Virus record (IMG/VR): IMGVR_UViG_3300027850_000169
Coordinates: 27,697-91,696 of that record
DNA: 64,000 nt
Strand: one strand, 5' to 3'
Source: a virus
The notes beneath the pieces were generated by a model. The model had not been told where the DNA came from and made no database searches. It was given only the letters and a program-made list of their open reading frames with translations. Positions 1 to 9,542 of this stretch are shown piece by piece. Each line of letters opens with the position of its first letter. Positions within the stretch are counted from its first letter, which is position 1. Both the position numbers and the translations under genes were made by a program.

Positions 1-780
1 TTGATTCTGAGAGCTGAAACCCGTTTTGATATGCAGGTTTCGCCACTCCTGATAGTTGGGCTGACGCGGAGATTGACCACCGTAACGCTTAATTTTCTCC
101 ACTGCGTTTGCGTAGTCAACACTCAAAGTCTCCAATTGGAGCAAGGCTTGTTCGGCTGCTTCCATGCAACGCCTTTCTTGAGTGGCGTACTCTTGTTTTA
201 GAGCCATCCATTCTTCAGTTATTTGAGCCTCCCTTGCTTTGATAAACTCTACAGCTTTTAAAGCAGTTGCCGTTAATAGCTTAGGGTCTTTTCGCGCAAT
301 TCCTGCCTGTTTTGACTGAGGGTAGAAATTGACCCCTAGGGTTTTCCCGGTTGGGTCATAGTAGTCGAAACTTCCAAGTATTGTCGGACTTTCAGCTTGG
401 TACACCGCTACCGGAACCTTAAAGGCATCCGCCCAATTTCCTTGAGCCGGAGTGACAAAATCCAGTCTAGGGGCTTTCACTTTGGCTTCCCGTGCTGTTA
501 CACAACGATTACAACATTCATCGAAATACCCCTCTTCCGGTTCAATTTCGTTGCTAATCCAAAGTGCTTTAACTTTATCCCAGTCAAACGAGTCGGTGTC
601 CAAAATGAGCATACTTCGACAGAATCTACCGCCCGTATTAGGTTCTTCTGTTACCGTGCCATCTGTTTTGAAAAGTCCTCCCCGCTCTCGGTATACATCA
701 CCGGAGTGGACAATTTTTATCATCTTCTCGATTTCGTCTCTTGAGATTTCTAATTTCCCAAGATTTTTTTTATTGAACAT
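1..780 (-). CDS. Hypothetical protein, runs off the window edge (MFNKKNLGKLEISRDE...)
   Basis: Manual translation from ATG at 780 is open for 260 codons to position 1. It starts 5 bp after the CAP gene stop in the same operon and is missing from the ORF track. Confidence 0.75.
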   Translation of the reverse strand, partial: MFNKKNLGKLEISRDEIEKMIKIVHSGDVYRERGGLFKTDGTVTEEPNTGGRFCRSMLILDTDSFDWDKVKALWISNEIEPEEGYFDECCNRCVTAREAKVKAPRLDFVTPAQGNWADAFKVPVAVYQAESPTILGSFDYYDPTGKTLGVNFYPQSKQAGIARKDPKLLTATALKAVEFIKAREAQITEEWMALKQEYATQERRCMEAAEQALLQLETLSVDYANAVEKIKRYGGQSPRQPNYQEWRNLHIKTGFSSQNQ

Positions 781-785
781 TGCTG

Positions 786-1307
786 TTACGCTCCAAATAT
801 TTGAGTTGCAAAATAATTGATTCTTCCATCATCACCCTGGAGTCGTGAGACGGAAATACCAATTCCGGTATGCGTGAAATAAGGTTGAATCATTACTGTG
901 TGATGTCCTGGACTTTTTATCCAGCCAGGGACAATCAATGTGCGTTGCTCGGAAAATTGATAATCGTAACACTCTCCACCCGCTAAGTTTTCTCCGGCTC
1001 TCGCAAAAGATTTCATAACTTGCGGGCCCCTTTCCTCATTCCAACCATCATGAGTTAGGCGACTGCTTTTATTCATCCACCTACTATGATTAGTAGCAAT
1101 CTCGTTAAGCCTTGAATCCATTGTCAAAGGATTGAGTTTTCTACTCTTTCTGTAGTCATTGACCTCAATCAAGATTTGATTTTCAAGGCTCGAACCTGAG
1201 TCTATCCTTTGTCTGCTAGCGGTTTCAGTAGGTACTGATTCAGTGGTATTACCTTTTTTAACGATTGGCGGTGTCCAGACATCGACAATCCTTTGAAATA
1301 AATCCAT
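786..1307 (-). CDS. CAP/SCP (Cys-rich secretory) domain protein
   Basis: Motifs VNDYRK..L..L, A..HS..M, GENLA, W..SPGH, FTHTGIG. Confidence 0.9.
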   Translation of the reverse strand: MDLFQRIVDVWTPPIVKKGNTTESVPTETASRQRIDSGSSLENQILIEVNDYRKSRKLNPLTMDSRLNEIATNHSRWMNKSSRLTHDGWNEERGPQVMKSFARAGENLAGGECYDYQFSEQRTLIVPGWIKSPGHHTVMIQPYFTHTGIGISVSRLQGDDGRINYFATQIFGA

Positions 1308-1318
1308 TTGCTCTCCTG

Positions 1319-1684
1319 CTATTTAGAATTTGGCTTGACATCTTGCTTCAAGCACTCTTCTAGGTGCTTTGTTGTTAGCTCTGCGTTTAACCCAGTGAGA
1401 ACACCTGTCTTTTGCAGGAAGTCGTTATTTTCCACTTGCGTCATTACGGCTTTTTTCCGTACTAACTTCTGTCTTTTGAGCGCTAACGAGCTTGCCAAAA
1501 CTCCTATGGCAATAGCAAGCAACAGACTTGCCGTTTTAAGATTTGATGGCTTACCACCAAGGAATAGACTTCCTAACCACGCACCACCAGATATCGATAT
1601 TGCTACGGTTGTTTTGGTGGTTAGAGCGTTGAAATCTTTTTCGTTAAAAAGATTTCCCAAAAAATGTTCAGTTGTGTTTGACAT
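1319..1684 (-). CDS. Membrane protein (2 TM)
   Basis: Two hydrophobic segments; start MSNTT overlaps the upstream stop. Confidence 0.6.
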   Translation of the reverse strand: MSNTTEHFLGNLFNEKDFNALTTKTTVAISISGGAWLGSLFLGGKPSNLKTASLLLAIAIGVLASSLALKRQKLVRKKAVMTQVENNDFLQKTGVLTGLNAELTTKHLEECLKQDVKPNSK

Positions 1685-1938
1685 TAGGTTGCAATCCCTA
1701 CGATAAGTCCACAAGTGATACAAAACCAGAATCCGATAGAGTAGGCGATAACTTTATTGGCCGGAAAGCTCCACAACTCTGAGAACAGTGTAGGCATCAA
1801 GGTTGCCAAAAGATTTGAACAGATAACTAACCCTAGAATGATAATCCCTATATTGGCGGCTAGTAACTGAGATTTGATTGCATAAATTAGAAAGTTGGTC
1901 GAAACTAAAACGGTCAATCCTAATGCGAGTGGAAACAT
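1684..1938 (-). CDS. Small membrane protein (3 TM)
   Basis: Hydrophobic ORF from MFPLALG, tightly coupled to its neighbours. Confidence 0.6.
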   Translation of the reverse strand: MFPLALGLTVLVSTNFLIYAIKSQLLAANIGIIILGLVICSNLLATLMPTLFSELWSFPANKVIAYSIGFWFCITCGLIVGIAT

Positions 1939-1939
1939 T

Positions 1940-2374
1940 TTATTTCCTGTAAGGTAGTTGTAGAAAATTGCGAGATTGCTCAACTTGTTCGGGACGGCTA
2001 GATGGGCTATCCCCAGAGAGTAAAGCCGCATAATCAGGGAGAACTTGTGCTGCAACAGATTTGACTCGCTGCTCGGCTTCGTAATATCTTTGCGACTCGG
2101 TAACGACAACTTCTATGGTGTCTGCCGCTGCTACGGCTACATCAGTTGTTGCCCTAGCTTTTTCTGATACACCTTGAAGTTGGGCAATGGTAATGTCTGC
2201 TTTGGCTCGGAGAACCTGACTTTGTAGTCTCAGGTTCTCCACTGTTGGGTTCACGGCTTCCTGTAGTCTCTTTGTTTCACCCGCGAGTTCGTTTGTCTCT
2301 TCTTGAGTGTAGAGACGTATTTCGCCCAAACCGCCCAAGAGTTTATTGATTGCTACTGAGATGATGTTGCTCAT
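1940..2374 (-). CDS. Coiled-coil hypothetical protein
   Basis: Ala/Glu/Gln-rich helical sequence with coupled start and stop. Confidence 0.65.
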   Translation of the reverse strand: MSNIISVAINKLLGGLGEIRLYTQEETNELAGETKRLQEAVNPTVENLRLQSQVLRAKADITIAQLQGVSEKARATTDVAVAAADTIEVVVTESQRYYEAEQRVKSVAAQVLPDYAALLSGDSPSSRPEQVEQSRNFLQLPYRK

Positions 2375-2700
2375 TAGTTTACTCCTGTCGGTTTGGCGAG
2401 TCTTGGTAAACAGTGAAAATCAATCCAGCTAATAGCAGAAGTTTCTGCTTCGCCGACTGAAGAATAGAACTCATCTTCGCCCTCGCAGATTAAGTCGCTT
2501 TGATAGATACTCCATGTTGTTGTGTAGCTTTGGTCAATCTCCGTTCTGAGTTTGATTGAATAACCCTTGTACAAGGTTTCAATACATGAATCGTCATCGG
2601 GAAACTGGATATCACCTCGATTGACCAATTCACCAAAAACAGCATCGTACAAAGCGTTAAGAGGCTTACTTGGAATTAATTTGACAAGCTTGTTTAGCAT
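2374..2700 (-). CDS. Hypothetical protein (YxG..I....WID family, similar to 15212 and 17981)
   Basis: Operon position; shares a YKGYSI...EA...A..WID pattern with the other two ORFs. Confidence 0.6.
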   Translation of the reverse strand: MLNKLVKLIPSKPLNALYDAVFGELVNRGDIQFPDDDSCIETLYKGYSIKLRTEIDQSYTTTWSIYQSDLICEGEDEFYSSVGEAETSAISWIDFHCLPRLAKPTGVN

Positions 2701-2778
2701 TTGTTAGTTGTGTTAATTGACCGTTGCCGATATCCGGCAGACCTGCACACTCCGACTCCGAGGTGGTGTGCAAGAAGT

Positions 2779-3213
2779 TTATTTCTTTTTCCTTGCAATC
2801 TTCCATATCTGTGTGAAAGCGTATTTAATCCAACCGCCAACAAGGTAGAAGTAGAACCACAAAGGCTTATTACTTTCACTCCAACAATGAAGTAGATATC
2901 GAGCTTTCCAATGTTCTGAGTAAGGTAGTCGAAAGAACTCTGTACCCCCTGACTTCCGACCCATGTAAACATTAAACCTGTCGAAATGATTGTGCATCTT
3001 AACTTCTAACGCTCTCATGCTTGAGGTATGTACCAACTCTACCAACTCTAGCTTGCCCCAATCTTCCTCTAATTCGCGTTTTCGTAGGTGAATTGCGCGA
3101 CCAGTAAATCCGATTTTGTAGAAGCCTTTTGTGTCTTTAAAGATGTAGACACTGCCTGGCACATAATCATTGCGAACGCCATTGATATAGCGATTGCTAA
3201 GCTTCCTCACCAT
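2779..3213 (-). CDS. GIY-YIG family (T5orf172-like) protein
   Basis: GSVYIF..YKIGFT, LE..MH..F, G.TEFF. Confidence 0.85.
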   Translation of the reverse strand: MVRKLSNRYINGVRNDYVPGSVYIFKDTKGFYKIGFTGRAIHLRKRELEEDWGKLELVELVHTSSMRALEVKMHNHFDRFNVYMGRKSGGTEFFRLPYSEHWKARYLLHCWSESNKPLWFYFYLVGGWIKYAFTQIWKIARKKK

Positions 3214-5015
3214 GTCAACTCCTTATATTCTGCAAGTGCTGATTCGTAAGCTTTAGTCTTGCCTGGTCGTGCGTTCCATAACATCCAAATAATTTCGGTT
3301 TGATTGTGTTTCATTTCCTGTTTCAGTTTTTGAATTAGCTCAATTGCTTGATTTCTGCCGAGTTTCAAGGGCGTGAAATAAACAATATCCGAATTGGTGA
3401 AACCATTGTCAGATGGTTGTTTCATGCCTTGAGCGGTATCTGAAATCATTTCAGATTCGCCTAACTCCGGCTTAAGACCGAAAATCCGTTCCAGCCTCTC
3501 AATCTCACTCTCTTTGTCTGTCTTGATTTCAGTTTGCGACTCAATCAATTTCATTTCTTTAGGTTGTTCTAATTCAATTACAGCAGTATTTTGATGCTGC
3601 TGTTGATAGTACCTGACATCAGCTTGAAGGCAAACACTCGCTGGTTCCAATGTCGAAAAAATAATAGGACGTTCGCTGTGTTGCGAGATTGGTCTAAGCT
3701 TCTCGAATTCAGCAATCAATCTAACTCGAATATCCTTGTCACTGATGATGTGCTGACTTTGAATCATGTAGGACAAGACACCATAAGAATCATTCACTCC
3801 TTCATCAGTTGTATAGTAATTTCCTAGCCCAATTAGGTTGAAGTTTTGACGCGAGTTGTTGTCGGCTTTCATGCCAATTGCTTTTAGATTGAAACTTTGT
3901 AAATCTGCCCACAAGCAAACATTGAAGTCACGCCCATTGAGAACAATATCTACCAATTCAACTAAGTAGTTAGAGTCTTTAACGTCGGGATGAGCGGTTA
4001 ACTTCTCTAACGCTAAGCTGATGCTGAACCAGTCAGCCAGTAGTAGACGAACAGGTGATAGATTCTTCCTCTTTTCCTCGTCTAAGTGTCTGCGCTTGTC
4101 ATAGATACTCCATACATGGTGAATAGTATCGAGTGTTTTTTTGACTTGGTTGATGTCAAAGATTGTGACTCTTCCCTTCTCTTTCAACCCACAGAAACTA
4201 TCATTTTTCTGACTAACTACCCAGAACTCTGCGGACGGCTGTTTCTCTTTGAGTATTGAAATCAAAGCCGCTTGAGTAACGCTTTTACCGCCGCCTGTAC
4301 CTGCAATCAATAGCAGGGATTTTCTCGATAACGCTAGCTGATTAAGAATAGCTTTCGCTTTAGTTTCGGACGGATGCAACAAACCCGGTTCAAGCACTGG
4401 TTGGCTAGCAATTTCAGTCACCCCAAACGTGTCAACGATACCGTCAGTCAAGATACTTTTTTTTTCAGCCTCGTTTTCACTTACTGACGGCAAGGAAGCT
4501 TGTTGATTGACTGATTGAGTGTCAACGGCGGGTAATTGCTGTTGCTGGCGTGTTTCCGGCTCACTAGCGTACCAATTGCTAGCTTCTGCAAGTTCAATAA
4601 ACGCGCTTTCGAGGTCTTTCTGGTGTGCTGTAACAGTTGTTGTTTTGTTTGCCTCGCACAACTCCCGCTCTGTCTGAAGTTCGGACTCAGTGCGAATCTT
4701 GCGAACGCGCGTTGCTTTCTGGTATTCTTCTGCCTCTAGCTCGACTTCTGGGAGTCGATTAGAGACTATCAGGAATGCCATCACCGACAGAGGAACCGAA
4801 CCCATTAACAACAGAATGGCTAGAATTGTGTAGTTTGATGCAACTTTGGTGGCGGGCTTCTTGAGCGCTTTGTATTCGCGCTCTGTGACGATTTGCTCGG
4901 TACTGGTTAATTGATAGCGGGTTTGTTTGGGAACCATTGCACCGAGTATCATCAGCGCGTAAGCAGCCGTCACACAGCCAGAAAACATTGCTACTGCTTT
5001 GAGGTTCTTTTTCAT
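3207..5015 (-). CDS. Membrane-anchored FtsK/HerA-like P-loop ATPase
   Basis: Two N-terminal TM helices, a coiled coil, Walker A AGTGGGKS, Walker B-like RLLLADW, and a GR..NV..W...Q motif. Confidence 0.75.
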   Translation of the reverse strand: MKKNLKAVAMFSGCVTAAYALMILGAMVPKQTRYQLTSTEQIVTEREYKALKKPATKVASNYTILAILLLMGSVPLSVMAFLIVSNRLPEVELEAEEYQKATRVRKIRTESELQTERELCEANKTTTVTAHQKDLESAFIELAEASNWYASEPETRQQQQLPAVDTQSVNQQASLPSVSENEAEKKSILTDGIVDTFGVTEIASQPVLEPGLLHPSETKAKAILNQLALSRKSLLLIAGTGGGKSVTQAALISILKEKQPSAEFWVVSQKNDSFCGLKEKGRVTIFDINQVKKTLDTIHHVWSIYDKRRHLDEEKRKNLSPVRLLLADWFSISLALEKLTAHPDVKDSNYLVELVDIVLNGRDFNVCLWADLQSFNLKAIGMKADNNSRQNFNLIGLGNYYTTDEGVNDSYGVLSYMIQSQHIISDKDIRVRLIAEFEKLRPISQHSERPIIFSTLEPASVCLQADVRYYQQQHQNTAVIELEQPKEMKLIESQTEIKTDKESEIERLERIFGLKPELGESEMISDTAQGMKQPSDNGFTNSDIVYFTPLKLGRNQAIELIQKLKQEMKHNQTEIIWMLWNARPGKTKAYESALAEYKELTW

Positions 5016-5533
5016 CAGTAGCCCCTCTTTCTTTTGGGCAGGAAGCTACTAGCGAACTTAACGGCTGTAAGTAAACAAACAGCCAGGAAGCCGATAAGCA
5101 CTGTAACAGCCAACTGCTGATTCTTGGCGAGCCAATCCAACATTAGGTCGGAATTACTGATAGCAGCAGCGAAACCAGTTCCGACGCCACCAGCAAACAA
5201 TCGAAATTTGTCAAGTGTCTTGAGTTGCCCCCAAGCAAAGGCGAATATCAGCCCGACTCCGACTAACACTAATCCAAACAACGCCATGACGACAACAAAC
5301 CAGTTGATTGAGCGAAAGATTAGGAAAAGTAGTGATGCGCCGCTGATAAAGATGGTCAAACCCGCTAATTCCTGAGCGAGTAGCCATTGCTTTGTCACCC
5401 TTTTATAAAGGTCGTTTTCAATTGGAATAACATCGTTTTCTGCGTAATCTTCAGATACTACATCAATCACCTCGGCTGATTTGTAGGGGGTAATCGGAGT
5501 GTTTCCTTCCTCCCCCATTGGGTACATAAACAT
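5015..5533 (-). CDS. Multi-pass membrane protein
   Basis: About 4 hydrophobic helices. Confidence 0.7.
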   Translation of the reverse strand: MFMYPMGEEGNTPITPYKSAEVIDVVSEDYAENDVIPIENDLYKRVTKQWLLAQELAGLTIFISGASLLFLIFRSINWFVVVMALFGLVLVGVGLIFAFAWGQLKTLDKFRLFAGGVGTGFAAAISNSDLMLDWLAKNQQLAVTVLIGFLAVCLLTAVKFASSFLPKRKRGY

Positions 5534-5538
5534 TCCGA

Positions 5539-6168
5539 TTACCTCTTACTAAAAAGCTTTTCAAGCTTGGTTCTGGCTGCCGCTATCTTTTGGTCGTCTT
5601 CCGTTTCTTCTTTTACCTTGTCGGAAACTTGACTTTTGGTTTTCTCGACCTGACCGTCTGACTTCTCTCTCTTCCTTTTTGTAGCGTCAGCAGCTATTAA
5701 AAGACGGTTTTTGAAGTCTTGTGTTAGGTAATCCCTTTCTATATCTCCTTTTCCTTGAATAAACCCTTGTTCTTCTGTTAGTTGATGTTGCCAGGTGCGG
5801 TAATGTTCTTCATACTCTGTGCCTGCCAATAAGGAAGACATAATAAAGGCGTCTTCCTTTTTTTTGGTGGCGTACATGAGTTTAACCGCCTCGGCTCTTA
5901 AGCTTTCGATTTCTTCGTGTGACTCGCAGATAGTCGCAAGGTACTCAAAGAATTTATTAGCCATTTCAACTTGCAGCAAAGCTCCTTCTGACAGGGCTTT
6001 TGTTTGTGCCAGATTTTCGAGATTTAAAGCACCAATTAAACCAGGATTGATGCCAAACAATCGAACTAATGCTGGCGGAATCTTAACACCTGAAAGCCAT
6101 TGCGGGACATTAGCTAACGCAAGGTCTACGTCGTGAGCTTTTGCCAACTTCTTTTCAGCCTTAGCCAT
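5539..6168 (-). CDS. Coiled-coil hypothetical protein
   Basis: 209-aa ORF within the operon. Confidence 0.7.
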   Translation of the reverse strand: MAKAEKKLAKAHDVDLALANVPQWLSGVKIPPALVRLFGINPGLIGALNLENLAQTKALSEGALLQVEMANKFFEYLATICESHEEIESLRAEAVKLMYATKKKEDAFIMSSLLAGTEYEEHYRTWQHQLTEEQGFIQGKGDIERDYLTQDFKNRLLIAADATKRKREKSDGQVEKTKSQVSDKVKEETEDDQKIAAARTKLEKLFSKR

Positions 6169-6488
6169 TACTTGTTTCCAAACGATGAATTAGTTTTGCA
6201 AAACTCGTCAATCTTGGCTTGATTTTGCCGTAGGTTGAAACTAGCAACTATTCTTTCTTTTTCGGCTTCAGAAAGCGCTTTTTGATTGATAGCGTTCGTC
6301 GCTAAGTAGCCAGCAATTGCACCCGCAGCCAGCAAGCTTAACGCGCCTCCAAACACCAAGAATTGTTTACTGTTCGACGGTTCTGGGTGTTGATTGAAAT
6401 CCGATTGAGAACTGCTAACGACTACCGCTCCACCTGCGTTTAGATGCAGATTGGCTAGTTGTTGACGTTCTTTCGTAACTGTGTTCAT
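6168..6488 (-). CDS. Single-TM protein
   Basis: FLVFGGALSLLAAGAIAGYLA segment. Confidence 0.65.
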   Translation of the reverse strand: MNTVTKERQQLANLHLNAGGAVVVSSSQSDFNQHPEPSNSKQFLVFGGALSLLAAGAIAGYLATNAINQKALSEAEKERIVASFNLRQNQAKIDEFCKTNSSFGNK

Positions 6489-6814
6489 GAATTAACCTCT
6501 TTAAGTGTTGGCTCTCGGTCGTTGATTAACAATACTTGGCTTATGGCAATGTCGGTAATCCACCAATGGCTTTCTCTCTTGTCTGAAGGGTTGGAACCTT
6601 TTTCAATAATCCCCATACTCTTCAATTCGCTCAAAGTTACTGAAATGCTGTTTTCCGTGCGAAAACACCTCCTCGCTATTTCTTTGTTCGTACTAATACC
6701 GATTTCGTGAATCGCTATTAAAACCTTTTTCTCTCCTTGACTTAGGCGGTTTATTCGTCTCTTTGTTGCTAAATACTCTGCATGAGTCAATGTGATAGCC
6801 ATGTTTTTTAACAA
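6485..6814 (-). CDS. Winged-HTH transcriptional regulator (MarR-like)
   Basis: LS..E..VL, TNKEIA, S.TLSELK..GII, DKR wing. Confidence 0.75.
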   Translation of the reverse strand: MLKNMAITLTHAEYLATKRRINRLSQGEKKVLIAIHEIGISTNKEIARRCFRTENSISVTLSELKSMGIIEKGSNPSDKRESHWWITDIAISQVLLINDREPTLKEVNS

Positions 6815-6986
6815 TGTAAAAGTTCAAGAGAAAGAATGCGGTCATTTGCTAGAATACTATTAGAAACAATCCGAGAAAACAGTCGAATAATCTTGGTAAA
6901 CATTGGTTGATTTTCCGTGGTTAAACATTGATTGATTAGTATTAGGAGAATCAACCGAAACAGCAACTGATTCTCCCACCGATTGA

Positions 6987-7352
6987 CTACGCTACGTCTA
7001 TGACATCCGCAGCCGCAAGCATTTTTTTTGGGTCTGTCGAAGGCAGTTGGAAACGCGATTCATCTTCTAGTTCTGCAAGAGAGGTAGAAAATCCTTCAAG
7101 ATGTCCAAAAATTTCGTCTCCAATGTCGCCAAAATCTCCTCTTGAAATGTCGCCGATAGCGTCAGTAATTCCGCCTAAAACGTATGCCTTAGTGCTCCGC
7201 CGAACGTCGTTTCTAGCCTTGTCTAGTTGTGCCTGAATGTTGCCGACTCCGGCATTAGTATCAAGCGGTTTAGCTGCTTTACCCTTCCGACCGCCGCTAC
7301 GATTTGCAGATTTGGCTTGATTGATTGCTTCTTGTTCAGATTGAGTAGTCAT
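6987..7352 (-). CDS. Hypothetical protein
   Basis: ORF overlapping the upstream gene in the operon. Confidence 0.6.
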   Translation of the reverse strand: MTTQSEQEAINQAKSANRSGGRKGKAAKPLDTNAGVGNIQAQLDKARNDVRRSTKAYVLGGITDAIGDISRGDFGDIGDEIFGHLEGFSTSLAELEDESRFQLPSTDPKKMLAAADVIDVA

Positions 7353-7701
7353 TGAAGTAGTCCTCTATGGTTTGGATGATTGACTTGATTGCAGGTATTC
7401 GTCCGCGTTGCCTAACAGCTTGTCGGAATAGCCAGATAACCTGCGCTTCTTCCCGTGTAAACCCTTTTCGGCGACATCGAAAGGGCTTCTTTCTGTCTGG
7501 GAACATCTCAGTAAGTTGAGTTTCCCTTGTTACTTCTTCCAACTGAATCAACTCCAGCTTTCGGAGTGTCACCACATCCCGACGCAATTGCCCTAAAGAG
7601 ATACCCATCGTTGCAGCCATCAGATCAGTATTTAACCAGTCAATCTCGTCTGGAACTATTGCCGATAACGGTTTGAACTGGCTATGAACCTGGGCGTACA
7701 T
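7336..7701 (-). CDS. HTH DNA-binding protein
   Basis: LMAATMGISLGQLRRDV HTH-like segment. Confidence 0.6.
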   Translation of the reverse strand: MYAQVHSQFKPLSAIVPDEIDWLNTDLMAATMGISLGQLRRDVVTLRKLELIQLEEVTRETQLTEMFPDRKKPFRCRRKGFTREEAQVIWLFRQAVRQRGRIPAIKSIIQTIEDYFNDYSI

Positions 7702-7930
7702 GGTAGATTTCTAAGGTTGCTAAATGTTCATTATGTGCACGTTATTAGTTCGACAAATTTCTAATGAACTTGCAACGAACTTTTAACGAACATGAACACA
7801 CTGTAAAGGATACTGCGCGAAGTTGTCAAGGGGCAACGCAAACTATTTTTGTACTTTTGCTGAAACCCGCTAGACGACTAGGTTTTTCTGTGAGACACTT
7901 AAAGAAGTCGCGAAGTAGTAGAGCATTTCC

Positions 7931-8161
7931 ATGTCAAAAAAAGAAGACCCCACTTATTCACCACTGCGGGGTCACGTCCCGAAAGAACTGTATAAACGTT
8001 TCAAGGCGTATTGTGTTGAAGAAGAGATGAACAACTCCGAAGCACTGGAAAACGTACTCAAGTTTTATTTTGACTACCGAGAGAAGGTAGCACCTAAAAG
8101 CGAGATAGCGACAGAGTTTGAGAAGATTCAGAAAAAACGAACTAAGGGGAAAAGTGCATGA
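7931..8161 (+). CDS. Ribbon-helix-helix (CopG-like) regulator
   Basis: LRGHVPKELYKRFKAYC...NSEALE; divergent from the left operon. Confidence 0.75.
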   Translation: MSKKEDPTYSPLRGHVPKELYKRFKAYCVEEEMNNSEALENVLKFYFDYREKVAPKSEIATEFEKIQKKRTKGKSA

Positions 8162-8508
8162 TTGCCAAAAAATCAATTTCTATTAATACGGTTTTATTGA
8201 CATTACTGGCTTTATCGCTGGTCGGTTGTGGCGGCGAGAAAGGTAAAGCGATTCGGCAGAACGAGTATGGAGTAGATTGGCCGTTTACAGTGGAGGAAGG
8301 GAGGCTGTCTTGTGTCTGGTTTTCCGAACGTCGGCAAGTTGTGACGTTCATCGCACCAAACGGAACTGAATATGCGCTGAATGGTATTGCCCGTAGCTCA
8401 GGCTTTTTCCGACCTGTCGAACCAATCCACAAACCTGATCCAAGTAGCCCACGATTGTACAAAAGCTTGAACCCGGTGATTGCGAACGGGTTGAAGCTTT
8501 GTCCTTAA
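8158..8508 (+). CDS. DUF2511/YebY-like lipoprotein
   Basis: Lipobox LVGC; YG.DWPFTVEEG.L.C; YALNG; terminal LC. Confidence 0.75.
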   Translation: MIAKKSISINTVLLTLLALSLVGCGGEKGKAIRQNEYGVDWPFTVEEGRLSCVWFSERRQVVTFIAPNGTEYALNGIARSSGFFRPVEPIHKPDPSSPRLYKSLNPVIANGLKLCP

Positions 8509-8517
8509 GGTGTAGAA

Positions 8518-9265
8518 ATGGAAAAAATAAAGACAGACCTAAAAAAGCTGATTCTATCCCATCAAAGCCTCAGTCAACTCCAAAGACAGCGACAAGAGTA
8601 CATTGCCAATCAATTAGTTACAAGGAAACTAGCGGAATGCGGAAAGCTCAGCGACTTTAGTCCTGAGATGAAAGCGAGCGGGGACTTCAGTCCCCTTCAA
8701 TCTTTCTTAAATTTATTCCTCAAACTACGGAAAATTTCATTAATTGTGTTATACTGCAATAGTCAAGGTTAAACTCCTTTGCCATCGTGGAAAACAGGGA
8801 CTAAGACACACTTTTAGGCACAAACCGGGGGACAAAGAGCGACGATAACTCTATAAACAGTCAGGGGCTAAACAAAACAGTCCTAAATCCAGTAAACAAA
8901 ATAATTCTTTTTGTTAAGTAGGGTAGGGCATACCCGAACTCTAGGTCAATATCCTAGTACGCTTTTGGAGATAGACCCTCTGGAGTGACTGCGAATCAGG
9001 CTCGTTAATTGGTAGGTTTCTACGGTTAAAAAGTTTGAGTATTGCCGAAAGGACGCAACATTTAAAGGTCAGTCGCTGAATTAAGAATCTCAGTGGTTTT
9101 AACCCTGAGAGTGTCAACGTATTCTGTAAAGGCAAAAACCTAAAAACTGCACTTAGAGAAATTCATCAAACTTGCGGAGAGCGAAGCAAGCTTATCGCAG
9201 TTAAGGTGACGGAAGACTTGGCATTGCATCTCGCCAAGGTTGCGGCAATGCCTGACGAACCTTAG
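8518..9265 (+). pseudogene. 83-aa gene interrupted by a non-autonomous IS605-type element
   Basis: Removing 8622-9117 rejoins ...IANQLVT to VFCKGKNLK...MPDEP* in frame with no stop. Confidence 0.75.
8622..9117 (+). mobile_element. Protein-less IS200/IS605 derivative (MITE/PATE-like) retaining omegaRNA-like sequence
   Basis: Follows TTAC and ends in TCAA. Matching subterminal hairpins ctcag-cgactttagtc-ctgag and ctcag-tggttttaacc-ctgag. Excision restores the host ORF. Confidence 0.8.
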
Positions 9266-9285
9266 CTTGAACAAACAGGAAATCA

Positions 9286-9330
9286 ACAAAAACCACTCAC
9301 AGTCCCAACCGCTGTGGGTGGTTTTTGTTT
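9286..9330. terminator. Intrinsic (bidirectional) terminator
   Basis: acaaaaaccactcacag...ctgtgggtggtttttgt. Confidence 0.7.
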
Positions 9331-9459
9331 TGCCAGCCTTGTTATAGCAGAATCGAGCGCACCCGCTCGCGCGCGTATTATATGCAGCCAGCGCAAGCGT
9401 TAGCTACCTTGTCGCCACAGCAGCCGAAACGCTTACACCATATACGTTTCAAACACGCC

Positions 9460-9530
9460 AAAAAATACTTTTCCAAAACACTTGACAAACCTTTGCGGGT
9501 AGCCTATATTAGTTTACATAGCCACTAAAT
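9460..9530 (+). promoter_or_regulatory. Repeated early sigma70 promoter, copy 1
   Basis: AAAATACTTTT..TTGACA(9482)-17 bp with GGGTAGCC-TATATT. Confidence 0.85.
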
Positions 9531-9542
9531 CAAAGCAAGCAA

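Noticed and set aside
1-820. Plus-strand ORFs 1..201, 397..744 and 452..820
   Set aside because: They are shadows of the minus-strand gene <1..780 that continues the operon
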